From Candidatus Latescibacterota bacterium (lineage in GTDB: Bacteria > Latescibacterota > UBA2968), in assembly GCA_965205975.1 (NCBI GenBank), contig OZ242195.1, forward strand, positions 192,001 through 256,000: a stretch of DNA of 64,000 nt, given 5' to 3'. Under the pieces are notes generated by a model. The model was given only the letters and a program-made list of their open reading frames with translations. It did not search any database and was not told the DNA's origin. Below, piece by piece: positions 50,939-61,341 of this stretch (the stretch's first letter is position 1; each line of letters begins with the position of its first letter). The position numbers and the translations under genes were made by a program.

Positions 50939-53518
50939 CTAACGTTTATCCAGTGCCTGTTCAATCAGGTGGAGGATATAGCCGGTGTGAGCTTCGGTGC
51001 TTGCATCGGTTGTTTTTTTTGTTTTGAGCATGTTTTGAATGGCTTTGAGGTTGTGCAAGGCGATGGCGCGAGATGCATGGATCCGCTTGCTTTCTGGGTC
51101 GATGATGTCGGTGAGTCGATTGACGTATTCAGCCTGCAAGTTCTGGCGGAAAGAATTGACCGTGCCTTTGGCGTCTGCCGCAAAGACGGCATCGGTCAAG
51201 TCGGCCATCATATCGGACAGGGCGTATTCGTTGCCATAGAGCGCGGTGTCGAGCAGGCGGGCCTGGACTGTGGGGTGTAAGAGATGGCTGAAGACGCGCT
51301 GTTGAATGCCGATTACGCGGTCGTGAATTTTTGGGTCCTCTGGGGCGCGAGAGAAGCCGAATCCGCGTCGTTGTTCCTGCAAATGGCTATAGAGCCCGGG
51401 CGGCATATCAAATGCTTTGGGCGATAAGACGTATTTGGCGAGTGCGTCCAGCGCGCGTTTCTGGTCTGCGAGAGCTACTGGCGTGAATGGCCGGGTTGCG
51501 CCGGGTTGGGCGATAACTGCGCGATCGACGTAAATGCCGCCGATATAACGGGAGAGTACGGTTGCGGCATTGCGATGCTGCGCCGTGAGAATGAGATAGG
51601 CCGTTTTCAGTTCGTGATAGGTGTTGCCCGGTGTGTTGTATTTTGCGAGGATTTTATTTTTGACGTCGTTTACCAGTTCAATCCGACCCGTGGCATGGGC
51701 AATGGCATCGTTGCTGAGGTCGTAGATCATCACGCGCGGGTCAATGCCGCGATTCGACGAGCGCATATCATCGGCGTCATTGCCAAACATGAGTTCGGGT
51801 TCTGTGGAGCGCGCGAGTATTTTTTCGAGGCGTTTTTGTTCATCTTTGATATTGTTCCGCCCTGGCGAATACCCAAATTCAATGGCCCAAATATCGTAGG
51901 GTCCTGGGCGTGTGGTGTAGTAATGCCCCTGTTTTTGACCGGGCAATGCGAGGTTGACGCCTGGATAGTCCATGACCGAACCCGTGAGGCCCATTTTACT
52001 GGTTCGGCTTTTGTCGTGGAGTTGTGCTGGGGTGTGCAGTTGGCTGGATTTCATGTTGTGGTTGAGACCGAGCGTGTGGCCGATTTCGTGCAGGATGAGA
52101 AAGTAGATGCTGTCTTTGAGCAGTGCGTCAACTTCAATTTTGGATGCGCCAGAAACGCGCAGGGTCTGGGCGCCAAAGAGGTTGGATACGTGTAGCTCGT
52201 GGCCCAGGGAACAGTATTGGGGCAGGTCTGAATCGGCATTGGGTGTCGCGTTGTCAAAGAGCTTGTCATAGCGCAGGCTGCTCGTGAGGAATGCAAATTC
52301 GAGCATGATGTCGGCACCCAATATTTGCCCGGTTCGCGGGTTGACAAAGCTCGGTCCATATCCCCCAAATGGTGGATTGGGCGACGAGGTCCAGCGCAGG
52401 ACATTGTATCGGATATCGCCGGCTTCCCAATCGGCATCATCGGGTTGTTCTTTGATATGTACGGCATTTTTGAATCCAGCGGCTTCGAAGGCGATATTCC
52501 AGGCGAGAGCCGCTTTTTTGATGGTTGGACGCAATTCTTTCGGGGTGGTGTTTTCGATCCAATAGGTGATTGGTACGATTGGTTCAGAGCGTTTGGCTTT
52601 GGGATCCCTTTTTTTTATGTGCCAGCGGTGAATTAAATCTCGATAAGGCGTCGCGCTTTTGGAGGTCAGGTCGGTCACTTGCGTGCTGAAGTAACCGACG
52701 CGCGGGTCGTCAAATCGCGGTTGATAATCATTTTTTGGCATTTCGATTAGTGTGTGTTGCAGGGTAATCGTGACATTGCGGGCATCGGTTATGCCATCGC
52801 CACCGCCTTTGGGGTTGGGATTTTCATAGGTGTAGGCAATGATGAAATCCGTGTTTTTGGGATAATTTTTGATGGATAGACATTTGGTTTTGGTTTTGCT
52901 GAGTCTGCCCAGTGAAAAGTTTTTGCGGTTCTGCGTTCGGTTGACGCGATGGAGTGCTTCTGTGAGGAAGATACCGTCGGCTTTGATGAGGATGTTGCCC
53001 GTGGAATCATTGCGTGCCGCGATTTTTTCCGATACGAGAATAGAAGGGCTGATGTTGGCTTCGGCTGCGCGACTCAAGGCGTTTTTGGGGTCGAAATAAT
53101 ACGCGGTGTTTTTAGAGATGATTTCGATTTTGTCAAAGTGCTTTTGAATGGAAAGCACGCGGCTGCCGCGATAGTTGCCCCTGTATGTTCCCGCCGATAC
53201 GGGGGCGTTAACGGTGTGGGTGAAGTAGATGTATTCTTTGCCGATTTGCGATTCGCGGATTTGCAATTGCAATGCGCCTGTGGTCGTGTCTTCATAAACG
53301 GTGAAGAGGCCGGGGTACTTGCGGCTGGATTTTGTAAGTTCGGCAATGGTTTTTTTGGGTGTGTCCTTTTTTTGTGTTCCCTTTTTTGGAGTTTTTGCGG
53401 AGTCTTGTTTGGCGACTTTTGTCGAATCCGCAGGTTGTTTTTCCTGCGCCTGAACGGAGAATGCGATTCCAAAGACGAGAGCGACTGCGATTAATAGGCG
53501 TTGAACATTCACGGTCAT
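50939..53518 (-). CDS. Secreted zinc-dependent metalloprotease (metzincin, DUF5117/DUF4953 type)
   Basis: Signal peptide; DPRVGYF, HEIGHTLGLNHN, SVMDY Met-turn. Confidence 0.88.
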   Translation of the reverse strand: MTVNVQRLLIAVALVFGIAFSVQAQEKQPADSTKVAKQDSAKTPKKGTQKKDTPKKTIAELTKSSRKYPGLFTVYEDTTTGALQLQIRESQIGKEYIYFTHTVNAPVSAGTYRGNYRGSRVLSIQKHFDKIEIISKNTAYYFDPKNALSRAAEANISPSILVSEKIAARNDSTGNILIKADGIFLTEALHRVNRTQNRKNFSLGRLSKTKTKCLSIKNYPKNTDFIIAYTYENPNPKGGGDGITDARNVTITLQHTLIEMPKNDYQPRFDDPRVGYFSTQVTDLTSKSATPYRDLIHRWHIKKRDPKAKRSEPIVPITYWIENTTPKELRPTIKKAALAWNIAFEAAGFKNAVHIKEQPDDADWEAGDIRYNVLRWTSSPNPPFGGYGPSFVNPRTGQILGADIMLEFAFLTSSLRYDKLFDNATPNADSDLPQYCSLGHELHVSNLFGAQTLRVSGASKIEVDALLKDSIYFLILHEIGHTLGLNHNMKSSQLHTPAQLHDKSRTSKMGLTGSVMDYPGVNLALPGQKQGHYYTTRPGPYDIWAIEFGYSPGRNNIKDEQKRLEKILARSTEPELMFGNDADDMRSSNRGIDPRVMIYDLSNDAIAHATGRIELVNDVKNKILAKYNTPGNTYHELKTAYLILTAQHRNAATVLSRYIGGIYVDRAVIAQPGATRPFTPVALADQKRALDALAKYVLSPKAFDMPPGLYSHLQEQRRGFGFSRAPEDPKIHDRVIGIQQRVFSHLLHPTVQARLLDTALYGNEYALSDMMADLTDAVFAADAKGTVNSFRQNLQAEYVNRLTDIIDPESKRIHASRAIALHNLKAIQNMLKTKKTTDASTEAHTGYILHLIEQALDKR

Positions 53519-53685
53519 ATCTCCTTTTGATTCTGATTATTAGAGGTAGCTTCTATACGAAATTACCTAATTGTTTTAAAATTTTCAAGTGTATATCGAC
53601 TATATGAGCTATCAATTGACTTTATGTTTTTTTTTCTTATCTTTTGCGTTCAATTTTTTGAAGGATTAGATCATTAGCACGAGGT

Positions 53686-53886
53686 ATGACAATGGCAGAG
53701 GCGGGAAGCGCGTGGTTGACGCCTAATGAGATCGCGGATCGGTTGAGTAGTCGAAAGGCGCGAGAAGTGCAGGAAGATTTGCTCTATGGGCGCCGAACAC
53801 GGCGTGAGATATTGGATCTGGTGATGGAAGCTGTGGGTTGCAATGAATATTCGGCGGAAGATTTTTTGCGTGAGATTGTAAAATAA
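53686..53886 (+). CDS. Small hypothetical protein
   Basis: GAGG RBS; 66 aa; isolated in an intergenic space. Confidence 0.6.
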   Translation: MTMAEAGSAWLTPNEIADRLSSRKAREVQEDLLYGRRTRREILDLVMEAVGCNEYSAEDFLREIVK

Positions 53887-54071
53887 AAAACAGCTTCTAA
53901 ATGTGAATAATTATCTCTCGTCTTGGACGCCTGCTTGAGGCATGTAGAGCCTTTGTCATCGCGGCAGGATTTTAGCCGCGATCCAGGAAGTTTTGCTGAC
54001 CGTTATTTATGTTTGCCGCGTATGGGATTTTCAATACGCGGCTCGATATTTTTTGACCTGTAGGGTACGCC

Positions 54072-55733
54072 ATGTCTGAGGTTTCTAAATCTGATTATCT
54101 GGTCATTGGCAGTGGTATTGCTGGCCTCTCATTTGCGCTTAAAGCGGCAGAGACCGGGTCTGTCACCCTGATTACAAAAAAAGAATTTCAGGAATCCAAT
54201 ACCAATTACGCACAGGGCGGTATTGCGTCTGTTTTGCATCCAGACGATTCGTTTGCGCTTCATAGGGAGGATACGATTCAGGCAGGCGCGGGGTTGTGTC
54301 GCGAAGATGTGGTGGATATGGTGGTGAGAGCAGGTCCCGATATGGTTAAGGCGCTCATTACCTGGGGGGCAGAGTTTACACGAGGGAGCGAGCAGCGTAC
54401 AACTGAGTCAGACATTCCAAATCTCGCGCTTGGGCGCGAGGGCGGGCATTCAAAAAATCGCATTGTGTATGCCGCCGACCTGACCGGGCGAGAGATTGAG
54501 CGGGCATTGACCGAAGCGGCGATAGCCCATCCCAATATCGCGTTGTATGAGCATCACATGGCGATTGATTTGATCACGGAACACCATGTATATGGTTCGA
54601 AGGTCTCAACGCCGGGGAAAATTCAGTGTTGGGGTGTTTACGCATTAGATGCCGTGCATGGACAGGTGAAGACTTTTTTGGCAAAATTTACGCTGTTGTG
54701 TAGCGGTGGGAGTGGTCAGATTTATTTGCATTCGACCAATCCGGCGATTGCTACGGGCGATGGTATTGCCATGGCGTATCGCGCGGGCGCAAGTGTGGGC
54801 AATTTGGAGTTTATGCAGTTTCATCCCACGACGCTTTATCACCGGGATGCAGATTCATTTTTGATTTCTGAAGCGGTGCGCGGGCATGGCGGCATTCTGG
54901 TGGATCGGGCGGGGCGGGCGTTTATGGCTGATTATCACGAGATGGGGCCGCTTGCACCCCGGGATGTGGTCGCGCGGGCGATTGATAGCGAGTTGAAAAA
55001 GAGCGGTGATCCCTGTGTGTTTCTCGATATTACGCATTGTCCTGGTGCAGAACTTCAGGAACGTTTTCCCACGATTTATGAGCGGTGTTTGCAATTTGGC
55101 ATTGATATAACACAGGAGCCTATTCCGGTTGTGCCCGCGGCGCACTATATGTGTGGTGGGGTGTTCACAGATACGCGGGGGCGCACGGATATCGAAAGGC
55201 TTTACGCTTCGGGTGAGGTCGCCTGTACGGGGTTACACGGTGCGAATCGCCTGGCGAGCAATTCGCTGTTAGAAGCGCTGGTTTTTTCAGATCGCGCGTT
55301 TTCCGATATCCAGCAGCACATAGATGCGCGGCTCGATTTTCCCGATGTGCCGACATGGCAAGACGACGATGTGTTTAATACAGAAGAATGGGTGTTGCTA
55401 TCACACGATCGGCAAGAAGTACAGCGTTTGATGTGGGATTATGTGGGGATTGTGCGGTCGGATTTTCGATTGAAGCGTGCAGCTCGTCGCATTGGCGTGA
55501 TTGTGCAGGAGGTCGAAGAATTTTATAAGCGCACACAAGTTACCGAGGCACTGTTGGAGTTGCGCAATATGACGACTGTTGCCGCGCTGACTGTGCGCTG
55601 TGCATTGTCCCGGCGCGAAAGCCGGGGGTTGCATTATACGCTCGATTGTCCCGCGCCATTCAAATCTGCAAAAGATACGGTGGTGTCTGCCTGGGAGACG
55701 TGGGGTGCGGGGCTGCCGGTGATTGAAGTGTGA
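54072..55733 (+). CDS. nadB: L-aspartate oxidase
   Basis: GSGIAG, YAQGGI, EGGHS..RI, QFHPT, LHGANRLASNSLLE. Confidence 0.95.
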   Translation: MSEVSKSDYLVIGSGIAGLSFALKAAETGSVTLITKKEFQESNTNYAQGGIASVLHPDDSFALHREDTIQAGAGLCREDVVDMVVRAGPDMVKALITWGAEFTRGSEQRTTESDIPNLALGREGGHSKNRIVYAADLTGREIERALTEAAIAHPNIALYEHHMAIDLITEHHVYGSKVSTPGKIQCWGVYALDAVHGQVKTFLAKFTLLCSGGSGQIYLHSTNPAIATGDGIAMAYRAGASVGNLEFMQFHPTTLYHRDADSFLISEAVRGHGGILVDRAGRAFMADYHEMGPLAPRDVVARAIDSELKKSGDPCVFLDITHCPGAELQERFPTIYERCLQFGIDITQEPIPVVPAAHYMCGGVFTDTRGRTDIERLYASGEVACTGLHGANRLASNSLLEALVFSDRAFSDIQQHIDARLDFPDVPTWQDDDVFNTEEWVLLSHDRQEVQRLMWDYVGIVRSDFRLKRAARRIGVIVQEVEEFYKRTQVTEALLELRNMTTVAALTVRCALSRRESRGLHYTLDCPAPFKSAKDTVVSAWETWGAGLPVIEV

Positions 55734-55744
55734 AGGGAGTTTTT

Positions 55745-57559
55745 ATGCGCGACGGCATTGCCGTGATTGATTTTGGCGGGCAATATGCCCATTTGATTGC
55801 CAATCGGATTCGCAGGTTGCGGGTTTATTCCGAGATTTTTCCACCGGATGTTGATCCTGCGGCATTGCGTGGCGTGTCGGGCATGGTTTTTTCGGGTGGT
55901 CCATCCAGTGTGTATGATCCCGATCCGCCTGCGTTTAATCCCGAGTTGCTGGATACGGATTTGCCCGTGCTTGGGCTGTGTTATGGACATCAGTTGTTGT
56001 GCATGCATCTGGGGGGTGAGGTGGTTGCTGGTGAGGTGCGAGAATACGGTTCTGCCAGGTTGAATATTGCAGGTGGGTCGGATTTATTTGCCGGGCTTGG
56101 GGATTCTCAGGTGGTGTGGATGAGCCACGGCGATGTGGTCGCAACGCTGCCAGAGGGCTTTGAAATTTTGGGGGCGACTGAGGATTGTCCTTCGGCTGCG
56201 GTGGGCGATGTCAAACGCAGAATTTATGGCTTGCAATTTCATCCCGAGGTGGCACACACGCCGCGCGGATTGGATATTCTCGATAATTTTCTGACGATAT
56301 GCGATGCGCCTCGCACCTGGACTATGGGCAATTATGCCGAGGTGGTTATGGCGGAGATGCGGGAGAAGGTGGGGGATCGCAATGTGTTTTTGCTGGTGTC
56401 GGGTGGGGTCGATTCTTCGGTGGCTTTTGTGCTGTTTAACAGGGCGCTGGGCGCAGACCGGGTGTTGGGGTTGCATATTGACAATGGTTTTATGCGAAAG
56501 GGCGAGACGGCTGCGGTGGAGGTTTTTCTGAAAGAGGAGGGGTTTGACAATCTGATGGTCGTGGATGCCAGTGACGATTTTTTGTTGGGTGTGGAGGGTC
56601 TGATCGATCCAGAAGCAAAGCGCGAGGCGATTGGACACACATTTTTGGAGGTGAAGGACGAGGTGATGGCGCACTTGCATCTGGATGCAGATCAATGGGT
56701 GCTGGGACAGGGTACGCTTTATCCCGATACCATAGAATCGGGAGGGACAGAGCACGCCGCGTTGATTAAGACGCACCACAATCGCATTGATTTGATCGAT
56801 GAGTTGATTGCACAGGGCAAGGTTGTCGAGCCTTTGGCACAGTTGTACAAGGATGAGGTGCGCGAGTTGGGGAGCGAGTTGGGGTTGCCCGATCATCTGG
56901 TGTGGCGACATCCGTTTCCCGGTCCCGGTCTGGCTGTGCGCTGTTTGTGCTCAGATGGTGCGGTGGATGGGGTTGATATTGCAGCATCGGAGAGGGCTGC
57001 TGCTGAGATCGCTTCTGAGGCGGGTTTGCAATTGCGGGTTTTGCCCGTTAGAAGTGTGGGGGTTCAGGGTGATTTTCGCACGTATTCGCATCCCGCGATT
57101 GTTTCGGGTTTCACAGCCGAGAGCAATGGCGATTGGCGCGTGCTCGAAGATATGTCAACGCGGATTACCAATAGCGTGTCGGGTATTAATCGCGTGGTTT
57201 GTCTTGTCGCGCCAGATGTGTTGCCCAGGGTGCGTCTCAAACGCGCATTTTTGACCTATCAGCGGCTCGATGTTTTGCGGGAGGCCGATGCCATTGCCAT
57301 GCGAATACTCGATCGCGCGGGTCTTATGTCCTCTGTGTCTCAGATGCCGACTGTGCTGGTGCCGTTGACGACAGATGGACAAGATGAGATTGTGATTTTG
57401 CGCCCGATTACGACGCCGGATTTTATGACTGCGCGATTTGCCGAATTGCCCCACAGTCTGGTGCGCGATATAGCGGACGAGATACTGAGTCTGTCCGGCG
57501 TCGCCGCCGTGGGGTACGATATTACACACAAACCGCCAGGGACTGTGGAATGGGAGTGA
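55745..57559 (+). CDS. guaA: GMP synthase (glutamine-hydrolysing)
   Basis: DFGGQY, GLCYG, QFHPEV, SGGVDS, IKTHHN, HPFPGPG, KPPGTVEWE. Confidence 0.96.
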   Translation: MRDGIAVIDFGGQYAHLIANRIRRLRVYSEIFPPDVDPAALRGVSGMVFSGGPSSVYDPDPPAFNPELLDTDLPVLGLCYGHQLLCMHLGGEVVAGEVREYGSARLNIAGGSDLFAGLGDSQVVWMSHGDVVATLPEGFEILGATEDCPSAAVGDVKRRIYGLQFHPEVAHTPRGLDILDNFLTICDAPRTWTMGNYAEVVMAEMREKVGDRNVFLLVSGGVDSSVAFVLFNRALGADRVLGLHIDNGFMRKGETAAVEVFLKEEGFDNLMVVDASDDFLLGVEGLIDPEAKREAIGHTFLEVKDEVMAHLHLDADQWVLGQGTLYPDTIESGGTEHAALIKTHHNRIDLIDELIAQGKVVEPLAQLYKDEVRELGSELGLPDHLVWRHPFPGPGLAVRCLCSDGAVDGVDIAASERAAAEIASEAGLQLRVLPVRSVGVQGDFRTYSHPAIVSGFTAESNGDWRVLEDMSTRITNSVSGINRVVCLVAPDVLPRVRLKRAFLTYQRLDVLREADAIAMRILDRAGLMSSVSQMPTVLVPLTTDGQDEIVILRPITTPDFMTARFAELPHSLVRDIADEILSLSGVAAVGYDITHKPPGTVEWE

Positions 57560-58182
57560 AAGACAAAAACGGAGGTTCTGATCTGGGACCTCAAAGGGAA
57601 TCCAATCACGACAAGGATCAGGAAATTCTTGAAGTCCGCGTGAATACAATTTCTATGAACCTTCTTTCACTCCTTATGTTTTTTTTCGCGTTTAAGATCG
57701 CCATTGTTGCCCAATTTCTATTTTCTTTTGAGATTGAGTTGCGTTTCCCAGGCATTGATAGCTGGAAGTTATTGGGGTCACTTATTTTGCTTATTATTTT
57801 TCACGAAGTGCTCCATGCTATTGCCGCGCTACTGTGGGGAAGAGTTTCATGGCGGTCAATACATTTCGGATTCAAATGGCGACAGCTCATATTTTATTGT
57901 CATTGTGATAAACCGCTAAAAGTGAATACATATCGCATTTTTGCTCTTTTTCCTCTCATTATCACCACACCCGCTGCTGGTCTTATCCTGTGGTTAGATC
58001 CATCTATCTGGTCACTATTGTTCTTTAGTTTCACAATAGCTTTTTGTGCCGGAGATGTCTTGCTGTTTTTTAAGACCGACCAGGTTGAAAATGACAAATG
58101 GATTCAAGATCATCCATCAGAACCCGGTTTCTATATCCTGCCAGACGCTATCGCTGCATCCCCTGAAGAACACCAAAGATAG
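57550..58182 (+). CDS. DUF3267-like membrane zinc metalloprotease
   Basis: Membrane HEVLH, FG......YCHC, AGD, DHP motifs; AT-rich. Confidence 0.75.
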   Translation: MGVKDKNGGSDLGPQRESNHDKDQEILEVRVNTISMNLLSLLMFFFAFKIAIVAQFLFSFEIELRFPGIDSWKLLGSLILLIIFHEVLHAIAALLWGRVSWRSIHFGFKWRQLIFYCHCDKPLKVNTYRIFALFPLIITTPAAGLILWLDPSIWSLLFFSFTIAFCAGDVLLFFKTDQVENDKWIQDHPSEPGFYILPDAIAASPEEHQR

Positions 58183-58346
58183 CTCAGATAGGGTTGTTTT
58201 TTTCACTTTTAAAAATTGAAATGGAACAAAATGAACACCTTTTTTTAAATAGTTAGTAAGCGTGGGTTTGCTGACGCAAATTATATATCCTTGTTTTTTA
58301 GTGCCTTAGAATATTCTGAGGCACTTTTTTTGTTTTTTTTGAAAAT

Positions 58347-58362
58347 GGGCACGGTATTTGCA
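58347..58362 (+). promoter_or_regulatory. sigma54 (-24/-12) promoter
   Basis: GGCACG-GTAT-TTGCA with correct GG-N10-GC spacing; AT-rich upstream tract. Confidence 0.65.
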
Positions 58363-58432
58363 GATATGCTGTGTGCAAATCGCACTCGTGTTAATGCGGC
58401 GGGGATGTCCGCGATGATAGAGGGGTGAAGTT

Positions 58433-59722
58433 TTGAAAAATACTACAGTTGCATTTTACAGCCAACATCTCATTGGCGTGGGGCACCATTTTCGCAATCG
58501 ACAGATTGTCAATGAACTGGTCAAAACATGCGATGTGTTTTTCATCGATGGCGGACGCCCTGTTCCCGAAGCCGATCTCGATGAAGGGGTAATGCGTATT
58601 TCTCTGCCGCCGCTTCGCACGGGACCACAGGGGCTTGAGTCTGTTGATACGGAGCGTGATTTGCAGGCTGTGATGCACGAGCGTCAGGCCAGGCTTTCCG
58701 AAGCGATGGAACAGATTTGTCCGGATGTGTTTTGTGTTGAGTTCTTCCCCTTTTCCAGATGGTCGCTCAAGGGCGAAATCCTCAATACTATTGTCAGGCT
58801 CAATGAGGTCAATTCCGACGCGAAGGTGTTGTGTTCACTGCGCGATATTCCCACACGGGCAAAAAGCAATGTGTTGCAACCGACTGTCACACCTGTCCAG
58901 AGACGCGATGGAGACGCGATGCGGTTTTATTCGGTGCCTTTTGGCGGGATACATCACGAGTATTTGGCTTTTAATCGGCGGTATTACGAGGAGGTCGTGC
59001 CCGTGTTGAATCAGTATTTCGATGCAGTGATGGTGCATGGCGATTCCCAACTATCCCGGTTGGAAGATCACTTTCCCTGGGTAGATGATATCGGTATTCC
59101 CGTGGTTTATACGGGGTTTGTTTCTGAGAAACTCGGTGACGCATCTCGGCCTGATGGTGCGCCTGATCGGTATGTGTTGGTCAGTGCTGGCGGTGGGGTT
59201 GAGGGACTTGCGCTTGTTGCGCCGTGTATTGAAGCGTGGAAACAATTAGCACAGTACAATGCGCACGGTGGGCGCGAGATGGTGATTTTTGCAGGTGCGT
59301 TTATCGATGAAACGCATTTTGACGCTTTGCGTGGGTTGTGCGGTGATGGTCCGTTTCTCATTGAACGCTTTACGTCCAATTTTTTGGCGTGGATGAAACA
59401 CGCGGATTTGTCGATTAGCCGCGCGGGCTACAATACGTGTATGAATGTGCTTGAGACAGGTATTCCATCGATTCTGGTGCCGAGTATTGCGATGGATGAT
59501 CAGGAATTTCGCGCACAGAAGTTGATGGGGTTGGGTATTGTACAGGTGATACATCCCGATCAACTCGGTGTGACAAAGATGGCAAAAGCTATTGCCGAAA
59601 TGCTCGAAAGTGCTGTGCCTGAATACCATCTATCCCTGGATGGTGCCGAGCAAACGCGAAAGTTTATAGACAGCGGTCAGCAGTTGGCAGTCAGCAAAAC
59701 AGAAATAGCGGTTAGCCGTTAG
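58433..59722 (+). CDS. GT-B glycosyltransferase (GT28-C-terminal / RedA-like)
   Basis: YSQH..G.GH..R, EFFPF, SLRDI, VSAGGG, SRAGYNT. Confidence 0.85.
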   Translation: MKNTTVAFYSQHLIGVGHHFRNRQIVNELVKTCDVFFIDGGRPVPEADLDEGVMRISLPPLRTGPQGLESVDTERDLQAVMHERQARLSEAMEQICPDVFCVEFFPFSRWSLKGEILNTIVRLNEVNSDAKVLCSLRDIPTRAKSNVLQPTVTPVQRRDGDAMRFYSVPFGGIHHEYLAFNRRYYEEVVPVLNQYFDAVMVHGDSQLSRLEDHFPWVDDIGIPVVYTGFVSEKLGDASRPDGAPDRYVLVSAGGGVEGLALVAPCIEAWKQLAQYNAHGGREMVIFAGAFIDETHFDALRGLCGDGPFLIERFTSNFLAWMKHADLSISRAGYNTCMNVLETGIPSILVPSIAMDDQEFRAQKLMGLGIVQVIHPDQLGVTKMAKAIAEMLESAVPEYHLSLDGAEQTRKFIDSGQQLAVSKTEIAVSR

Positions 59723-59884
59723 ATTCCCCCTCTCACCTCCCTCTGATGCCCTCATGGCAGATCTCCCTCCTGTTGCCGGGGTTGGGGTGCGAAAGGGAGG
59801 GGTTGACCGCATGGATGAGCTGACAAATGGTGGTTGGGTGGCTGGGTGGGCTAATTGCTGACCGCTAAATAGATGAGGTGAAAG

Positions 59885-61288
59885 ATGAAAATTTATGTGT
59901 CACATCAGTATCACTACCGCGAGAAAGTAATGGCGTCGAATAGCGGGGCAGTTCTTTCGGGGTTTAACCATGTACAGGCGTTATCGAAGTATTGCGAGGT
60001 GTATATGCCAACGTCTGAAGCGGTGGATTATGGTCCGAATTTGCACGGTATTCAACCCGCATTTGAAACGATTGATTCGTCTCGCCAGTGGTTTGCGCGG
60101 CAGGATTTTGATGGCGTGTTGATGTTTGAACCCAAAGCAGATGACCTGGCATTTTTTCGCCATGTGTGTCCTGCACCCATTGTGATTCGGCTGTCGTGTT
60201 CTTTTGGGCACAATCGGGATTTTGTCGATAAGGTGCTGAATTGTTATTCGCTGTTGCGGCCTTATGATGTCCTGTCGCCCAAATCGGCGTATGTCGCTGA
60301 CGAAGTGGGTAAGCTGGTGTTTGACAGATCGTATTTGCACGCGATTAACAATGGGGTAGATGCCGAGGTGTTCAGGCCGATGGATAAGTTGCAAGCGCGC
60401 AAAGAAGTCGCGGATAAGACGGGTGATCAACGTTTTTTAGAGATGCCAGTGGTGGGTTTTTGCGGGCGGTTTGAGCCGGGCAAGGGCGCATATCCGTTTT
60501 TGCGAATGGCGGACCTGAATCCCAATGTGTTGTTTGCTGTGATTGGCAAGCAGTTCAGTCCCGTGACACATGCGCCCAATGTGATCTTTTTGGGCGCGCA
60601 ACCCTATAGGGATATGCCGCTGTATTACAATATGCTCGATGTGTTGTGTGCGCTGTCGGTGTATTCGTATGAGTCGTGTCCCTCAACTGTGCTGGAGGGC
60701 ATGGCGTGTGGCCTTCCTGTTGTTGCGACAAATTTTGCGGGCGCGCCAGAGTTGTTGGGCGCTTGTGGGCGGTTGATTGAGATTGAGCGATTTGAAGACG
60801 AGCCATTAAATGTGACGGGGTATATCGCCCCTGAGGTGATTTCAGATGCTGTGCGCGATTTGTTGAATAGCAAAACGGAGCGCATAGAAATGGGTGAGGG
60901 TGCTCGCAAACGCGCACTAGAATTTTCCTGGGATTGTATGGCGCAGCAGCACATGGCACTGTTTGACAATTTGCGGATCAAACGCGATGTCCCCGCCTGT
61001 CCGATACCAATAACCGTGAGTTTTACACAGGGTTGTGATGTATCTGGTGTGCCGAAAAGTATGTCTAAGGGGTTTAACTATTTGGGAAGCGCGCAAGGCC
61101 CATTGCCGCGCATTTCGTTTTTGGGGCAAGACCTGTCCTTTCTTGAAGGTCTGGGTCTTCACTTGATGCAACATTTACATCCGAACGAAGTCGAAGCTGC
61201 TCTGATGGGCTTATGCGAGACGCGCGCTGGAGCTTATAAGACGCTTCGCAAAATTCGACACTTCAGCGATATGCTCACGGCTCCCTGA
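59885..61288 (+). CDS. GT4-family glycosyltransferase with ~100-aa C-terminal extension
   Basis: NGVD...F.P, GRF...KG, ESCPSTVLEGMACGLPVV (E-x7-E), FSW. Confidence 0.88.
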   Translation: MKIYVSHQYHYREKVMASNSGAVLSGFNHVQALSKYCEVYMPTSEAVDYGPNLHGIQPAFETIDSSRQWFARQDFDGVLMFEPKADDLAFFRHVCPAPIVIRLSCSFGHNRDFVDKVLNCYSLLRPYDVLSPKSAYVADEVGKLVFDRSYLHAINNGVDAEVFRPMDKLQARKEVADKTGDQRFLEMPVVGFCGRFEPGKGAYPFLRMADLNPNVLFAVIGKQFSPVTHAPNVIFLGAQPYRDMPLYYNMLDVLCALSVYSYESCPSTVLEGMACGLPVVATNFAGAPELLGACGRLIEIERFEDEPLNVTGYIAPEVISDAVRDLLNSKTERIEMGEGARKRALEFSWDCMAQQHMALFDNLRIKRDVPACPIPITVSFTQGCDVSGVPKSMSKGFNYLGSAQGPLPRISFLGQDLSFLEGLGLHLMQHLHPNEVEAALMGLCETRAGAYKTLRKIRHFSDMLTAP

Positions 61289-61341
61289 TTAGTAAAGGGG
61301 TACGGCTTATGTTGAGGTGGTAAAGAAAGGAGGTGAGAGAA

